Numbered from the stretch's first letter, positions 43,842 to 55,087 are shown. The stretch is 64,000 bases of DNA from an uncultured Pasteurellaceae bacterium (GCA_963525745.1 CAURMH010000001.1:3793-67792); one strand, 5' to 3'. Program-made: numbers and translations. The notes: generated from the sequence alone by a model not told the origin.

Positions 43842-44159
43842 ATGGCACAGTGGGATGGGAAATATATTAGCCCGTATGCAGAACACGGTAAAAAAAGTGA
43901 ACAGGTAAAAAAAATTACCGTATCCATTCCGATTAAAGTCTTGGAAATTTTGACCAATGAGCGTACCCGTCGCCAACTCAAAAACCTGCGTCATGCAACA
44001 AATAGCGAATTACTTTGCGAGGCTTTTTTACATGCCTTTACCGGTCAACCCTTGCCGACCGATTCCGATTTATTGAAAGATCGTAATGATGAAATTCCCG
44101 AGCATGCAAAAGAGATTATGCGCAATTTAGGTCTTGAGCCTGAAAATTGGGAATATTAG
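43842..44159 (+). CDS. metJ: Methionine repressor MetJ
   Basis: [45 protein letters not shown] is almost identical in pattern to E. coli MetJ; 105 aa. Confidence 0.97.
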   Translation: MAQWDGKYISPYAEHGKKSEQVKKITVSIPIKVLEILTNERTRRQLKNLRHATNSELLCEAFLHAFTGQPLPTDSDLLKDRNDEIPEHAKEIMRNLGLEPENWEY

Positions 44160-44554
44160 CTCATCCTCTCACGGCTTAATCCATCTAAAATCGTACACTC
44201 CGGACAATCATTGCCTAGGCAGGAATCATGCCATTGCTGCAATTCATTAACCATTTTTTGTAAAATATCGATTTGTTTATTTAGCGCTGCAATATGTTGC
44301 GCCGTTAAACGTTTTACTTCGCGGCTGTTTCTATTCGGATTCTGTCGTAACTTGAGCAGCTGCCTGATTTGTTCCAGAGAGAATCCAACGTCTCTCGAAT
44401 GACGGATAAATTTAAGCGTATTGAGATCCGCTTCTTCATAACAACGATAACCGGACAACGTCCGTTGCGCCGGTGTCACCAATCCGGCTTTTTCATAATC
44501 TCGGATTTGCTTGGGAGATAAACTGGTTAGCCGTGCCGCTTCACTAATATTCAT
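44156..44554 (-). CDS. cueR: MerR-family metal-responsive regulator, CueR-like
   Basis: N-terminal [29 protein letters not shown] and C-terminal Cys pair C..NDCPEC. It is divergent from copZ-copA across a 19-bp-spacer promoter. Confidence 0.7.
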   Translation of the reverse strand: MNISEAARLTSLSPKQIRDYEKAGLVTPAQRTLSGYRCYEEADLNTLKFIRHSRDVGFSLEQIRQLLKLRQNPNRNSREVKRLTAQHIAALNKQIDILQKMVNELQQWHDSCLGNDCPECTILDGLSRERMS

Positions 44555-44561
44555 AAATATC

Positions 44562-44592
44562 TTGACTTTAACCTAAGGTAAAGGTTTATAGT
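44562..44592 (+). promoter_or_regulatory. MerR-type promoter/operator for copZ-copA
   Basis: TTGACT (44562-44567), a 19-nt spacer ttAACCTaaggtaaAGGTT containing a dyad, then TATAGT (44587-44592). The over-long spacer is the hallmark of MerR-activated promoters. Confidence 0.75.
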
Positions 44593-44632
44593 ACGCCACA
44601 TTAATCTTTAATACAACCTGGAGGAAAGAAAA

Positions 44633-44839
44633 ATGGCCGATATTATTCTAAAAATTACTGGAATGACTTGTAATGGATGTGTGAAAAGTGTTACCCGTGT
44701 ATTAGAAGAATTGGATGGGGTAGAAAATGTACAAGTTTCCTTATCCGGTTCGACAAATGTTGTTTTTGATGAAAGCAAAGTTTCTATTGCGCAGCTAATT
44801 GAAGCAATTGAAGATGCCGGTTTTGAAGCGGAAATCTGA
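44633..44839 (+). CDS. copZ: Heavy-metal-associated (HMA) domain copper chaperone
   Basis: 68 aa with a GMTCNGC metal-binding motif. Confidence 0.8.
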   Translation: MADIILKITGMTCNGCVKSVTRVLEELDGVENVQVSLSGSTNVVFDESKVSIAQLIEAIEDAGFEAEI

Positions 44840-44897
44840 TTTAAGATTCAATCTGAAGCTGGCTTCCAAGCCTGCTTTTTAGTTTCGGAGTCATCTC

Positions 44898-47069
44898 ATG
44901 CAACAGAAAGTTTCAGTTCGAATTACAGGAATGACTTGCCAATCTTGTGCAAGTCGAATTGAAAAAACATTAAACAAAAAAGACTTTATACAGCAGGCAG
45001 ATGTCAATTTCGCTACTGAAGAAGCGCAAATTATCTTCGACAATGCCCTCTCATCTACATCCGACATTCTTGATATTATCCATAAAACCGGATTCGAAGG
45101 CGCATTAAAATCGTCGGATAATCAACAGATAAATGTGGCTAATGAGAAAATAAATCTACGTCTTTGGGCTTTGCTCATTATCAATATTCCTTTTATGATC
45201 GGTATGTTGGGGATGATGTTTGGTGACCATCGTTTCATGTTACCGCCCATCTGGCAATTTATTCTAGCCACAATCGTTCAATTCGGTTTAGCACTTCCGT
45301 TTTATCGTAGTGCCATAAGTAGTATTAGAGGCGGCTTGGCAAATATGGATGTCTTGGTCAGTACTGGCACGCTGACCATTTATTTATATTCAACGTTTAT
45401 GTTGTTTTATCACCGCGAATTAGGTCACGATGACGCCCCGCACATTTATTTCGAGGCTGCCGTTATGGTTATCGGTTTTGTCAGCTTAGGCAAATTTTTG
45501 GAAGCACGTACTAAAAAGCAAAGTTTAAACAGTATCGGACTCCTTACCAGATTGATACCACAACAAGTTAATGTTCGGCAACAGGACGGCCAATGGCAAT
45601 GCATTGATCTTAATCAAGTTAAAATCAATGATGTTTTACGCGCCAATCAAGGCGAACGTATTGCCGCCGACGGCATTGTCGAACAAGGACAAGGCTGGTG
45701 TGATGAAAGCCATTTAACTGGCGAATCGATTCCCGCCGTTAAAACAACAGGTAGCCCTATTCTGGCCGGCGCTATGGTTACCGACGGAAGTTTGATTTAT
45801 CGGGTACAGCGTCTTGATAATCAAACCTTATTAGGCGATATGATCAACGCGTTATCGGAAGCACAAGGCTCTAAGGCCCCTATTGCCCGCTTTGCCGATA
45901 AAATGGCCGCCATATTCGTCCCTACCGTTTTATTGATTTCATTAATCACCTTTTTACTTACATTATGGCACCAGAATGATCTCACGACAGCACTCATTCA
46001 CGCTGTTGCCGTTTTAGTTATCGCTTGCCCTTGTGCCCTTGGGCTGGCAACACCGGCGGCCATCATGGTCGGTATGGGGAAAGCGGCAAATTTAGGCATT
46101 TGGTTTAAGGATGCCGCCTCTATGGAGGAAGCGGCGCGAGTAGATACGGTAGTATTAGATAAAACAGGAACATTAACGACCGGATCGCCTCAGATTGTAG
46201 CAACTTGGCGTCCTGAAAATTCAATTTATTCCGAGTTGGATTTATATCGCTTTGCAGCGGCCGTAGAACAGCACGCCAATCACCCGCTAGCCAAAGCCAT
46301 CGTTCAGGCGACCTTAAGTAAAACAACAGATATTCCGACCGCACTTCTGCTCAAAACGGAAGTTGGGGCCGGTTTACAGGCAGAAATTGAAGGGGTGGGA
46401 ATAATCAAAGTCGGCAAACCTGACTATTGCAATTTAATTTTACCGCCTCAAAACCAAGACGTTTGGTTCGTCTCTAGTATCGTCGCGGTCGCCTTAGACG
46501 ACCAACCTATCGGCGCCTTCGCATTAGCCGATCAATTGCGTGAAGACGCCCGACAAGCCATTCAGCGCCTATTTTCGCATAGCATTGATGTTTTCATTAT
46601 GAGTGGCGACAACCAATCGGTCGTTGATTATGTAGCTAAGCAACTTGGTATAAAACAGGCTTTCGGACAATTAACGCCGCGCGAAAAAGCCGAGCATATA
46701 CAACAACTTCAACGTGAAGGTAAAATTGTTGCGATGGTCGGCGACGGCATTAACGATACACCGGCACTTGCCGTCGCAAATGTTGGTTTCGCCATGCAGG
46801 ACGGTACCGATATTGCCGCTCATACAGCCTCTGCAACATTAATGCAACATTCCATTAATCAATTGGTCAATGCCTTGCTGGTTTCGCAAGCGACATTAAA
46901 AAATATTAAACAAAACTTATTTTTTGCTTTAATTTACAATGTGTTGGGAATTCCTCTTGCAGCCCTCGGCTATTTAAGCCCGATAATTGCCGGTGCTGCG
47001 ATGGCAATGAGTTCAATCTCCGTTCTAATGAATGCGCTACGCCTGAAAAGGCAAAAATTAGGTAGTTAG
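44898..47069 (+). CDS. copA: Cu(I)-translocating P1B-type ATPase
   Basis: N-terminal GMTCQSC, TM CPC, DKTGTLT, GDGINDTP, plus the YN and MSS transmembrane signatures of the Cu/Ag P1B-1 subgroup. Confidence 0.93.
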   Translation: MQQKVSVRITGMTCQSCASRIEKTLNKKDFIQQADVNFATEEAQIIFDNALSSTSDILDIIHKTGFEGALKSSDNQQINVANEKINLRLWALLIINIPFMIGMLGMMFGDHRFMLPPIWQFILATIVQFGLALPFYRSAISSIRGGLANMDVLVSTGTLTIYLYSTFMLFYHRELGHDDAPHIYFEAAVMVIGFVSLGKFLEARTKKQSLNSIGLLTRLIPQQVNVRQQDGQWQCIDLNQVKINDVLRANQGERIAADGIVEQGQGWCDESHLTGESIPAVKTTGSPILAGAMVTDGSLIYRVQRLDNQTLLGDMINALSEAQGSKAPIARFADKMAAIFVPTVLLISLITFLLTLWHQNDLTTALIHAVAVLVIACPCALGLATPAAIMVGMGKAANLGIWFKDAASMEEAARVDTVVLDKTGTLTTGSPQIVATWRPENSIYSELDLYRFAAAVEQHANHPLAKAIVQATLSKTTDIPTALLLKTEVGAGLQAEIEGVGIIKVGKPDYCNLILPPQNQDVWFVSSIVAVALDDQPIGAFALADQLREDARQAIQRLFSHSIDVFIMSGDNQSVVDYVAKQLGIKQAFGQLTPREKAEHIQQLQREGKIVAMVGDGINDTPALAVANVGFAMQDGTDIAAHTASATLMQHSINQLVNALLVSQATLKNIKQNLFFALIYNVLGIPLAALGYLSPIIAGAAMAMSSISVLMNALRLKRQKLGS

Positions 47070-47221
47070 ACACATAAAGAAGTGAAGGTGGGTATTCATG
47101 TCTTGGCTATGATTAGCCGCATATTTAAACCCGATAGATTTTCCTGCATTCGGTCTGATAGCGCTCACAATAAAAAAGCGATTCATGAGCATTTCATTAT
47201 TACAATCACAGGTATATTTAA

Positions 47222-47243
47222 AATAAAAAAAGGACTGAGTCCT
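47222..47243 (-). terminator. Rho-independent terminator after rplA
   Basis: Minus strand: AGGAC-tca-GTCCT followed by TTTTTTTTATTTT. A longer alternative stem is GGACTGA/TCAGTCC (47232-47238 with 47258-47264). Confidence 0.6.
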
Positions 47244-47328
47244 GTAGATTACAGAATTCAGTCCTTGAACTAAATAAGTTCGGGGATAAAGCAATAGCTC
47301 AGACCCTTTCTAGATGGATTACAAGGCC

Positions 47329-48018
47329 TTAAAGAGAGCTTTGATCAATCTCTACCCCGGCGCCCATCGTAGTAGAAAGGCTCACTTTTTTGATGAAGAT
47401 ACCTTTAGAGGTTGTTGGTTTCGCTTTAGTTAAAGCGGCTAACAACGCTTGAAGGTTTTCTTTTAATTGCGCTTCGGAGAAGTTCGCTTTACCGATAGTG
47501 GTGTGGATGATACCGTTTTTATCGTTACGATAACGGATCTGACCGGATTTAGCATTTTTCACTGCTTCAGCAACGTTTGGTGTGACAGTACCCACTTTAG
47601 GGTTTGGCATTAAACCACGTGGGCCTAATACTTGACCTAATTGACCAACAACACGCATTGCATCAGGAGAAGCGATAACAACATCAAAGTTCATTTCGCC
47701 TTTTTTGACTTGTTCAGCCAAATCTTCCATACCCACTAAATCAGCGCCTGCCGCTTTAGCGGCTTCTGCGTTTGCACCTTGGGTAAACACAGCGACACGT
47801 ACTTCACGACCGGTACCGTGTGGTAATACAGTTGCACCACGTACGTTTTGGTCTGATTTACGCGGATCGATACCTAAGTTTACTGCAACGTCAACGCTTT
47901 CAACGAATTTAGCGGTCGCGAATTGTTTTAATACTGCGATTGCTTCGTTGATTTCGTATGCTTTAGTAGAATCTACGCCAGCTTTGATTGCTTTCATTTT
48001 TTTAGTCAATTTAGCCAT
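47329..48018 (-). CDS. rplA: 50S ribosomal protein L1
   Basis: [11 protein letters not shown]... with the full-length L1 pattern; 229 aa. Confidence 0.98.
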   Translation of the reverse strand: MAKLTKKMKAIKAGVDSTKAYEINEAIAVLKQFATAKFVESVDVAVNLGIDPRKSDQNVRGATVLPHGTGREVRVAVFTQGANAEAAKAAGADLVGMEDLAEQVKKGEMNFDVVIASPDAMRVVGQLGQVLGPRGLMPNPKVGTVTPNVAEAVKNAKSGQIRYRNDKNGIIHTTIGKANFSEAQLKENLQALLAALTKAKPTTSKGIFIKKVSLSTTMGAGVEIDQSSL

Positions 48019-48022
48019 CGTA

Positions 48023-48451
48023 TTATTCCTCCACCACTAAGCCCATTGAGCGAGCAGTACCAGCAATTGATTTCATTTTAGTTTCGATAGTCGCGCCAGT
48101 CATATCTGCTGCTTTAGTTTCAGCGATTTGACGAACTTGATCTAAAGTTACTTTACCCACTTTATCTTTGTTCGGTTTACCGGAACCAGATTTGATACCT
48201 GCAGCTTTTTTCAATAATACTGCTGCTGGTGGAGTTTTGGTAACGAAAGTGAATGAACGGTCTGCATAAACGGTGATAACAACCGGAATTGGTAAACCTT
48301 TTTCTAAGCTCTCAGTACGAGCGTTGAATGCTTTACAGAATTCCATGATGTTCACACCTTGTTGACCTAATGCAGGACCAACTGGTGGTGATGGGTTTGC
48401 CATACCAGCTGCAACTTGCAACTTAACGTAGGCTTGGACTTTTTTTGCCAT
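48023..48451 (-). CDS. rplK: 50S ribosomal protein L11
   Basis: [43 protein letters not shown]; 142 aa. Confidence 0.98.
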   Translation of the reverse strand: MAKKVQAYVKLQVAAGMANPSPPVGPALGQQGVNIMEFCKAFNARTESLEKGLPIPVVITVYADRSFTFVTKTPPAAVLLKKAAGIKSGSGKPNKDKVGKVTLDQVRQIAETKAADMTGATIETKMKSIAGTARSMGLVVEE

Positions 48452-48558
48452 TTTAGTTTCCTCTGAATGGGTAATAACGCCTTACGGCTCCCCCAGTTAT
48501 TTACAAGAATTGATAAAAATCAACTCCAACAATTTGAATGAATAATCACTCAAAAGCA

Positions 48559-48598
48559 ACCGCACTTTTTATAAAACAAGCTATAAATAAAGTGCGGT
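48559..48598. repeat. Inverted USS pair hairpin (10-bp stem, 20-nt loop) between nusG and rplK
   Basis: ACCGCACTTT (48559-48568) pairs with AAAGTGCGGT (48589-48598). Confidence 0.85.
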
Positions 48599-48609
48599 CA
48601 AAATTTTAA

Positions 48610-49161
48610 TTAATTTAGTTTCTCAACTTGACCAAATTCAAGTTCAACAGGCGTTGCACGCCCGAAAATAGAGACCGAAACTTTGATACGACTTTTTTCG
48701 TAATCAATTTCCTCCACGGTACCGTTAAAGTCGGCGAAAGGCCCCTCTGTAACACGAACTTCTTCACCAGGTTGGAACATGGTACGAGGACGTGGCTTAT
48801 CCTGACTTTCTTCCAGACGATTTAGAATTAAATCCGCTTCACGTCTGGAAATCGGTGCCGGTTTATCCGGGGTTCCACCGATGAATCCCATCACACGGGG
48901 AATGCTTCTGACTAAATGCCACGTATCATCATTCATTTCCATTTCAACTAACACGTAACCGGGAAAAAATTTTCTTTCACTCTTACGACGCTTACCGGCG
49001 ACGTTCTCTACCACTTCCTCTGTCGGAACCAATACTTCGCCAAACAGATCATCCATCGCTTGTTGTTTAATATATTCGCGCAATGTAGCGGCCACTCTGC
49101 CTTCAAAGCCTGAGAAAGCTTGTATCACATACCAGCGTTTTTTTGATGCATTTTCAGTCAT
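48610..49161 (-). CDS. nusG: Transcription termination/antitermination factor NusG
   Basis: [19 protein letters not shown] start and a C-terminal KOW ([20 protein letters not shown]); 183 aa. Confidence 0.97.
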   Translation of the reverse strand: MTENASKKRWYVIQAFSGFEGRVAATLREYIKQQAMDDLFGEVLVPTEEVVENVAGKRRKSERKFFPGYVLVEMEMNDDTWHLVRSIPRVMGFIGGTPDKPAPISRREADLILNRLEESQDKPRPRTMFQPGEEVRVTEGPFADFNGTVEEIDYEKSRIKVSVSIFGRATPVELEFGQVEKLN

Positions 49162-49162
49162 T

Positions 49163-49573
49163 TTAGAATCTCAAATCGGTTAGAAAATTAATAACAGTAA
49201 CGATAATTGAATCCATAGCCCAAAAAATCAGTGACGAAAATACGGTTACTCCGATAATCAATAATGTAGTCTGTCTCGCCTCTTGCCGCGTAGGCCATAC
49301 GACTCTTCTCAATTCAGATCTCGCATCTCTTGCAAAAGCACGCGCTCTTGTTCCTTGATTCGTAATGGCGGCTAAAATAAACGCAATCAATAACGCAACT
49401 GCCACAGCCACAACACGCACAGGGGTAGAATAAATTTTTTCAAAATATACATTACCAACTGCTGCGGCTGAAAAAAGGAGAATAACAAGAATCCATATTG
49501 TCGTATTTAGGCCTTTAGATTTTCCTTGCATCTCTTGCGACTGTTTCTTCTTTTGAACGATTTCCGTTGCCAT
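49163..49573 (-). CDS. secE: Preprotein translocase subunit SecE
   Basis: Three hydrophobic helices and the conserved [11 protein letters not shown] motif; immediately upstream of nusG. Confidence 0.93.
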   Translation of the reverse strand: MATEIVQKKKQSQEMQGKSKGLNTTIWILVILLFSAAAVGNVYFEKIYSTPVRVVAVAVALLIAFILAAITNQGTRARAFARDARSELRRVVWPTRQEARQTTLLIIGVTVFSSLIFWAMDSIIVTVINFLTDLRF

Positions 49574-49707
49574 AGTTGAACCTGTTATTAAAATAAGAAT
49601 AATAGAATAGATTAAAGAACGCGTGATTGTAACACTTTCTTTTATTCTTGCCTATCGAATTTTATTACGAATCGCTTGCGCTAAAACTTCATTTTTTTGA
49701 CCGCACT

Positions 49708-50967
49708 TTAGGCCCGATAAATAAGTTCCGGCGACACGTTATCTATGATCGTACGCTCACTCACGACAACTTTTTCCAAACGTTCTAAAGAAGGTAAATC
49801 ATACATCGTATCTAATAAAATGGCCTCAACAATTGAACGTAAACCACGCGCGCCCGTCTTACGTTCTAAAGCCTTTTTGGCCATCGCTTTAAGCGCCTCA
49901 GGGGTAAATTCAAGCGCCACATCTTCCAATCCGAACAAGGCTTGATATTGTTTAATCAAGGCATTTTTAGGTTCGGTTAGAATCTTTACCAGCGCGTCTT
50001 CATCCAATTCGCTTAATGGCGCAATCATCGGCAAGCGACCAATGAATTCCGGAATTAAGCCGAATTTCATTAAATCATCCGGTTCAACCTGGCGAAATAA
50101 TTCTGAAAGCGATTCTTTTTGTTCTTCTTTTTCGACTTTAGCATTAAACCCAATACCGGTACTCGTTTGGGTTCGTTTAGCAATAATTTTATCCAAACCT
50201 ACAAACGCGCCGCCACAAATAAATAAAATTTTAGACGTATCGACTTTTAGCATTTCCTGCTGCGGATGCTTGCGCCCGCCTTGTGGCGGAATGGAGGCGA
50301 TTGTTCCTTCAATCAATTTTAATAAAGCTTGTTGAACTCCCTCACCGGAAACATCACGCGTAATTGAAGCACTTTCGGATTTACGACTGATTTTATCAAT
50401 TTCGTCAATATAAATAATGCCTTGTTCTGCCTTCGTCGTATCATATTCACAATTTTGCAATAATTTTTGTAAAACATTTTCGACATCCTCACCCACATAA
50501 CCCGCTTCAGTCAATGTGGTCGCATCCGCCATTGCAAAAGGGACATTTAAACGACGCGCCAACGTCTGAGCTAATAAAGTCTTACCGCTACCTGTCGGGC
50601 CGATTAACAAAATATTACTCTTGCCCAATTCGACGTCCTGACTTTGATGATTGGTGCGCAAACGCTTGTAATGATTGTAAACCGCTACCGATAACACTTT
50701 TTTCGCATAATCCTGACCGATAACATAATCGTCTAAATGTGCCCGAATTTCGTGAGGCGTCGGTAATTTTTGCGGTTCTTCCTGAATCGTAGGCGCTTGT
50801 CCTTCGGCGTCCCGGTCTTCAGTTTTGTCATCATGCTGTAGTAGTGAATAACATTGATTGATACATTCGTTACAAATATACCCCTCTTCACCGGCAATCA
50901 AGCTGTCGACTTCATGTTTCGCCTTACCGCAGAATGAGCAATGAAGCTCTTTATCTTTCGTCGTCAT
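49708..50967 (-). CDS. clpX: ATP-dependent Clp protease ATP-binding subunit ClpX
   Basis: Zinc-binding CSFCGK..CNEC and Walker A GPTGSGKT; 419 aa. Confidence 0.98.
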   Translation of the reverse strand: MTTKDKELHCSFCGKAKHEVDSLIAGEEGYICNECINQCYSLLQHDDKTEDRDAEGQAPTIQEEPQKLPTPHEIRAHLDDYVIGQDYAKKVLSVAVYNHYKRLRTNHQSQDVELGKSNILLIGPTGSGKTLLAQTLARRLNVPFAMADATTLTEAGYVGEDVENVLQKLLQNCEYDTTKAEQGIIYIDEIDKISRKSESASITRDVSGEGVQQALLKLIEGTIASIPPQGGRKHPQQEMLKVDTSKILFICGGAFVGLDKIIAKRTQTSTGIGFNAKVEKEEQKESLSELFRQVEPDDLMKFGLIPEFIGRLPMIAPLSELDEDALVKILTEPKNALIKQYQALFGLEDVALEFTPEALKAMAKKALERKTGARGLRSIVEAILLDTMYDLPSLERLEKVVVSERTIIDNVSPELIYRA

Positions 50968-50975
50968 TTTTATTC

Positions 50976-51557
50976 CTAACGCTTAACCATTACTTCATCA
51001 ATTAAACCATATTCGCATGCTTCCGCTGCGGACATAAAATTATCCCGATCCGTATCTTTCTCAATTTGAGCGAAATCTTGTCCGGTATGGAACGCTAAGC
51101 GTTCATTAAGTGTTCGTTTAATCTTTAACATTTCCTGTGCATGTATTTGAATATCGGATGCCTGACCGCGAAAACCGCCTAACGGCTGATGAATCATTAC
51201 GCGAGCGTGTGGTAGCGCCGCCCGTTTACCGGAAGCCCCGGCCGCCAATAAGAAAGCCCCCATAGAACAGGCTTGACCGATACAAAGCGTACGAACATCC
51301 GGTTTAATAAATTGCATCGTGTCATAAATCGCCATTCCCGCGGTTACAGAACCGCCCGGCGAATTAATATAAATACTAATATCTTTTTTAGGATCTTCGG
51401 ATTCAAGAAATAACAATTGTGCAACAATCAGATTTGCCATATTGTCTTCGACTTCACCGCTTAAAAAAATCACGCGCTCTTTTAGTAACCGGGAATAAAT
51501 ATCAAACGAACGCTCTCCACGTGAAGTTTGTTCAATAACCATAGGAATAAGCGCCAT
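50976..51557 (-). CDS. clpP: ATP-dependent Clp protease proteolytic subunit
   Basis: Catalytic Ser ([11 protein letters not shown]) and His (MIHQPLGG) motifs; 193 aa. Confidence 0.98.
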   Translation of the reverse strand: MALIPMVIEQTSRGERSFDIYSRLLKERVIFLSGEVEDNMANLIVAQLLFLESEDPKKDISIYINSPGGSVTAGMAIYDTMQFIKPDVRTLCIGQACSMGAFLLAAGASGKRAALPHARVMIHQPLGGFRGQASDIQIHAQEMLKIKRTLNERLAFHTGQDFAQIEKDTDRDNFMSAAEACEYGLIDEVMVKR

Positions 51558-51602
51558 AACCTCTCCTTAATTAAGAATAATTAAATTCATAAAGTCGATA
51601 AC

Positions 51603-51631
51603 AAAAGTGCGGCCGTTTTGACCGCACTTTT
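51603..51631. repeat. Inverted USS pair hairpin between tig and clpP
   Basis: AAAAGTGCGG-ccgttttga-CCGCACTTTT. Confidence 0.85.
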
Positions 51632-51646
51632 AACTCAGCATTTAAA

Positions 51647-52945
51647 TTAGAACTGTGGATTCATTACTTCGTCAAACGTAGACGGCTTTTCGGTCACTTG
51701 TGCTTTAGCCAAAACGGCATCAACGACCTGCTCTTCTAATACCACATTACGTAAATTACTCATTAGCTCTTTATTTTTGCTATAGTAGTCAATAACTTCC
51801 TGTGGTTGTTCATACGCAGAAGCAATATCGCTAATCATGGTTTTAACGCGTTCATCATCCACTTTCAATCCATTATCCGCCACAACTTCGGAGAATAACA
51901 GACCGACTTGAACACGGCGTTTTGCTTCCGCTTCAAATAATTCACGCGGTAGCTGTTCCGCCTGCTGTGCATTGCCGCCAAAACGCTTTGCCGCTTGATC
52001 ACGCAATTCGCTAATTTCTTCGTCAATTGCAACGGTAGGCACTTCAATCGGATTCTGCTCAATTAAACCGGCAATAACCTGATTTTTAACACGGGAAACC
52101 AATGCATTTTTTAACTCACGTTCCATATTTTTGCGAATTTCCGCGCGCAAATCAGCGACTGTTTTTGTATTCGGACCGAATTTTGCCACAAACTCATTGG
52201 TTAACTCCGGCAACACCATACTTTCTACTTTTTTCAACGTAATAGCAAACTTGGCCGCTTTACCTTTTAATTCTTCAGAATGGTACTCTGCAGGGAAAGT
52301 CACATCAATGTCAAATTGCTCGCCTGCTTTATGTCCGACGATGCCTTCTTCAAATCCCGGGATCATACGACCTTGGCCCATCGCCAAAACAAAATCGGAC
52401 GATTTACCGCCAGCAAATTCCTCGCCGTTCACAGAACCGACAAAATCAATGGTTACACGGTCGTCGGCTTTAACGGAATCATGACTTTCGACCCAGGTTG
52501 CTTGTTGTTTACGTAAAACGTCTACCATTTTATCAATATCGGCATCTGTAATTTCTACAACCGGTTTTTCAACCTTGATATTTTCTAAGCCTTGCAATTT
52601 AATTTCCGGATAGACTTCAAAAGTGGCGCTAAAAACCAAATCCTGTTTCGGTTCAAAACGCTCTACCGTAAAATCCGGGCGACCTGCAATATTGATTTTC
52701 TCGGATATTACCGCATCGTAAAAGCGGCGCGGCAATAAGCCGGCTAACACTTCTTGACGAATAGATTCGCCAAAACGACTTTCGATAATGTGTGCAGGGA
52801 CTTTTCCTTTACGGAAGCCGTCAACGCGAACATTTTTCGCAGTACGTTTAAATTCCTCAGCAATCGCTTTTTCAACGACTTCGGCAGGGACCGTAATCGC
52901 CACTCGACGTTCTAAACCTTGTGTCGTTTCAATATTTAATGCCAT
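51647..52945 (-). CDS. tig: Trigger factor
   Basis: 432 aa. N-terminal GFRKGKVP ribosome-binding signature and a central FKBP-type PPIase domain. Confidence 0.97.
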   Translation of the reverse strand: MALNIETTQGLERRVAITVPAEVVEKAIAEEFKRTAKNVRVDGFRKGKVPAHIIESRFGESIRQEVLAGLLPRRFYDAVISEKINIAGRPDFTVERFEPKQDLVFSATFEVYPEIKLQGLENIKVEKPVVEITDADIDKMVDVLRKQQATWVESHDSVKADDRVTIDFVGSVNGEEFAGGKSSDFVLAMGQGRMIPGFEEGIVGHKAGEQFDIDVTFPAEYHSEELKGKAAKFAITLKKVESMVLPELTNEFVAKFGPNTKTVADLRAEIRKNMERELKNALVSRVKNQVIAGLIEQNPIEVPTVAIDEEISELRDQAAKRFGGNAQQAEQLPRELFEAEAKRRVQVGLLFSEVVADNGLKVDDERVKTMISDIASAYEQPQEVIDYYSKNKELMSNLRNVVLEEQVVDAVLAKAQVTEKPSTFDEVMNPQF

Positions 52946-53110
52946 TTGTTACCTCAATTATTGACACCCGGCAAACGCGTACCGAATGCGTATTCTACAA
53001 AAATAAAAGTTGCCGAATTATAACGAAAGAAAAGCGGACAGTCGATAGAAAGTCGATAAATCGGTCAAAAATGCGCTTAGCCGTTCGCTTTATCGGCAAA
53101 TTTAAGAAAA

Positions 53111-53136
53111 AAGTGCGGCCATTTTTGACCGCACTT
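53111..53136. repeat. Inverted USS pair hairpin downstream of ygaU and upstream of tig
   Basis: AAGTGCGG-ccatttttga-CCGCACTT. Confidence 0.8.
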
Positions 53137-53144
53137 GGTAAAAA

Positions 53145-53585
53145 TTATAAATTCTTCGGTAAACGGATTTTTTGTCCCGGGAAAATCTTATCCGCGTCTT
53201 TAATCACTTCCTTATTGGCGTCGACAATGGCGTTATATTTTGCGCCGTTGCCATAGGCTTTTTCAGCGATCTTCCACAACGTATCGCCCTTCTGAATGAC
53301 ATAAAATTCATCATCGCCGGCTAATGTTTCACCATTATTAATCGTGACGTTATTTGTTACCGAATTGATGCCGAAAATATTCCCCACCATCAACACGGCC
53401 TTTTCTAAGGCTTCCGCAGAGAGCGCTTCGCCTTGAATGTTAGCCACGCCGTTTTCAACCGTTACGGAGACATTTTCAACGCCCGGATTATCTTCTTCAA
53501 TATGCTTCGTTACCGCTTGAGAAGCCTCTTCTTCTTTTGAAAAAATTTTCTTTCCGATATCACTGACAAAATCAAACAAGCCCAT
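53145..53585 (-). CDS. ygaU: BON plus LysM domain protein (YgaU/Kbp-like)
   Basis: MGLFDFVSDIGKKIF N-terminus, a BON-like middle and a C-terminal LysM YVIQKGDTLWKIAEKAYG..IFPGQKIRLP. Confidence 0.85.
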   Translation of the reverse strand: MGLFDFVSDIGKKIFSKEEEASQAVTKHIEEDNPGVENVSVTVENGVANIQGEALSAEALEKAVLMVGNIFGINSVTNNVTINNGETLAGDDEFYVIQKGDTLWKIAEKAYGNGAKYNAIVDANKEVIKDADKIFPGQKIRLPKNL

Positions 53586-53719
53586 GGTTTTTTCCTCTTT
53601 AAAATCATTGATTATTCATGCTCTGCTCGCGCAGCAGAAATAAAAATACAATAAAGATGACCAAATCGCAACGCCGAATCAAACTTGCGTAAAAATAACC
53701 GCACTTTAACGTCTAAAAC

Positions 53720-55087
53720 TTACTTTTTCGTCGGACGTTGCCAGCCTTGAATGTGCTTTTGCGGCACTCGCGTAATCACCAGTTCATTTTCCTCGATATT
53801 GCGTGTAATCGTCGAACCGGCACCAATGGTGGCACCATCGGCGACGCTGACCGGTGCAACCAGCTGCGTATCCGAACCGACAAAAACATTGTTGCCGATA
53901 ATCGTTTTGAATTTATTCGCCCCGTCATAATTGCAGGTAATCACCCCGGCGCCGATATTACAACTATCGCCGATTTCGGCATCGCCTACATAAGCTAAAT
54001 GATTCACTTTCGATCCCACACCGATGACTGATTTTTTCACTTCGACAAAGTTACCGATATGCGTTTCGGCAGCAAGTTCGGCGCCGGGGCGCAAGCGTGA
54101 AAACGGCCCGATGGCGGCTTTTTCGCCGATGACGGAATCTTCCAGGATAGAATAAGGTTTTACCTCAACATCGTCACCAATGACCACATTTTTTAAAACA
54201 CAGCCCGTACCGATTTTTACGCGATCGCCCAACCGAACATGCCCTTCAATAATCACATTCGTATCAATTTCTACCTCTTTGCCGTGTTCTAATGTCCCGC
54301 GCAAATCAAAACGTTCCGGATCAAGTAACATTACGCCGGCCAACAACAACCGTTCCGCTTGTTTACGCTGAAAATAACGTTCTAACGCAACCAGCTGTAA
54401 ACGATTATTTGCACCTTCGACTTCCATGTAATCGGCCGCTTGCACCGCAATGACAGAACAGCCATCACGATTCGCCAGGGCGATAACATCGGTCATATAA
54501 TATTCGCCTTGCGCATTATTATTATCCAATTGTGCCAGCCATTTTTTCAGATGTACACCGTCCAACACCATCACGCCGGTATTGACTTCATGAATATTCA
54601 ATTGTTCTGCGTTCGCATCTTTTTGTTCGACAATCGCTACGACGCGACCGTTTTCGCGGATAATACGTCCGTACCCCGTCGGATTGTCCAATGTGACCGT
54701 TAACAAGGCGATTCCGCCTTCCGGTTTAGCGGCAATCAACCGGGTTAGCGTTTCTTTTGTAATCAACGGCGCATCGCCATACAGCATAATAATGTTTTCA
54801 TTGTCGCGCAAGAACGGCGCCGCTTGTTGCATCGCATGTCCGGTGCCTAATTGCTCGGCTTGAAATACCCAATTGACCTTTTCATCGGCCAACCGCGCAC
54901 GCATTAAATCGCCGCAATAGCCATAAATTAAGTGAATATTTTCCGCACCAAGTTGATGAGCGGTATCAATTACATGTTTTACCATCGGTTTGCCTGCGAC
55001 GTTATGTAACACTTTCGGTAACGTCGAATGCATACGGGTGCCTTTACCTGCCGCCAAAATGACGACGCTTAACGGGTGCTCGTTCAT
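53720..55087 (-). CDS. glmU: Bifunctional UDP-GlcNAc pyrophosphorylase / GlcN-1-P acetyltransferase
   Basis: [11 protein letters not shown] nucleotidyltransferase motif and a C-terminal hexapeptide-repeat (left-handed beta-helix) domain; 455 aa. Confidence 0.97.
   Translation of the reverse strand: MNEHPLSVVILAAGKGTRMHSTLPKVLHNVAGKPMVKHVIDTAHQLGAENIHLIYGYCGDLMRARLADEKVNWVFQAEQLGTGHAMQQAAPFLRDNENIIMLYGDAPLITKETLTRLIAAKPEGGIALLTVTLDNPTGYGRIIRENGRVVAIVEQKDANAEQLNIHEVNTGVMVLDGVHLKKWLAQLDNNNAQGEYYMTDVIALANRDGCSVIAVQAADYMEVEGANNRLQLVALERYFQRKQAERLLLAGVMLLDPERFDLRGTLEHGKEVEIDTNVIIEGHVRLGDRVKIGTGCVLKNVVIGDDVEVKPYSILEDSVIGEKAAIGPFSRLRPGAELAAETHIGNFVEVKKSVIGVGSKVNHLAYVGDAEIGDSCNIGAGVITCNYDGANKFKTIIGNNVFVGSDTQLVAPVSVADGATIGAGSTITRNIEENELVITRVPQKHIQGWQRPTKK

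Noticed and set aside
47058-47294. 78-aa (minus) and 63-aa (plus, 47082-47273) ORFs in the copA/rplA spacer.
   Set aside because: They overlap each other, the copA 3' end and the rplA terminator. Neither has an SD, and the translations show no recognisable features.
48452-48500. Possible L1-binding autoregulatory leader upstream of rplK (GGGGAGCCGTAAGGCGTTATTACCC).
   Set aside because: It is plausible from E. coli biology, but I cannot verify the L1 target structure from memory. I left it unannotated rather than guess.
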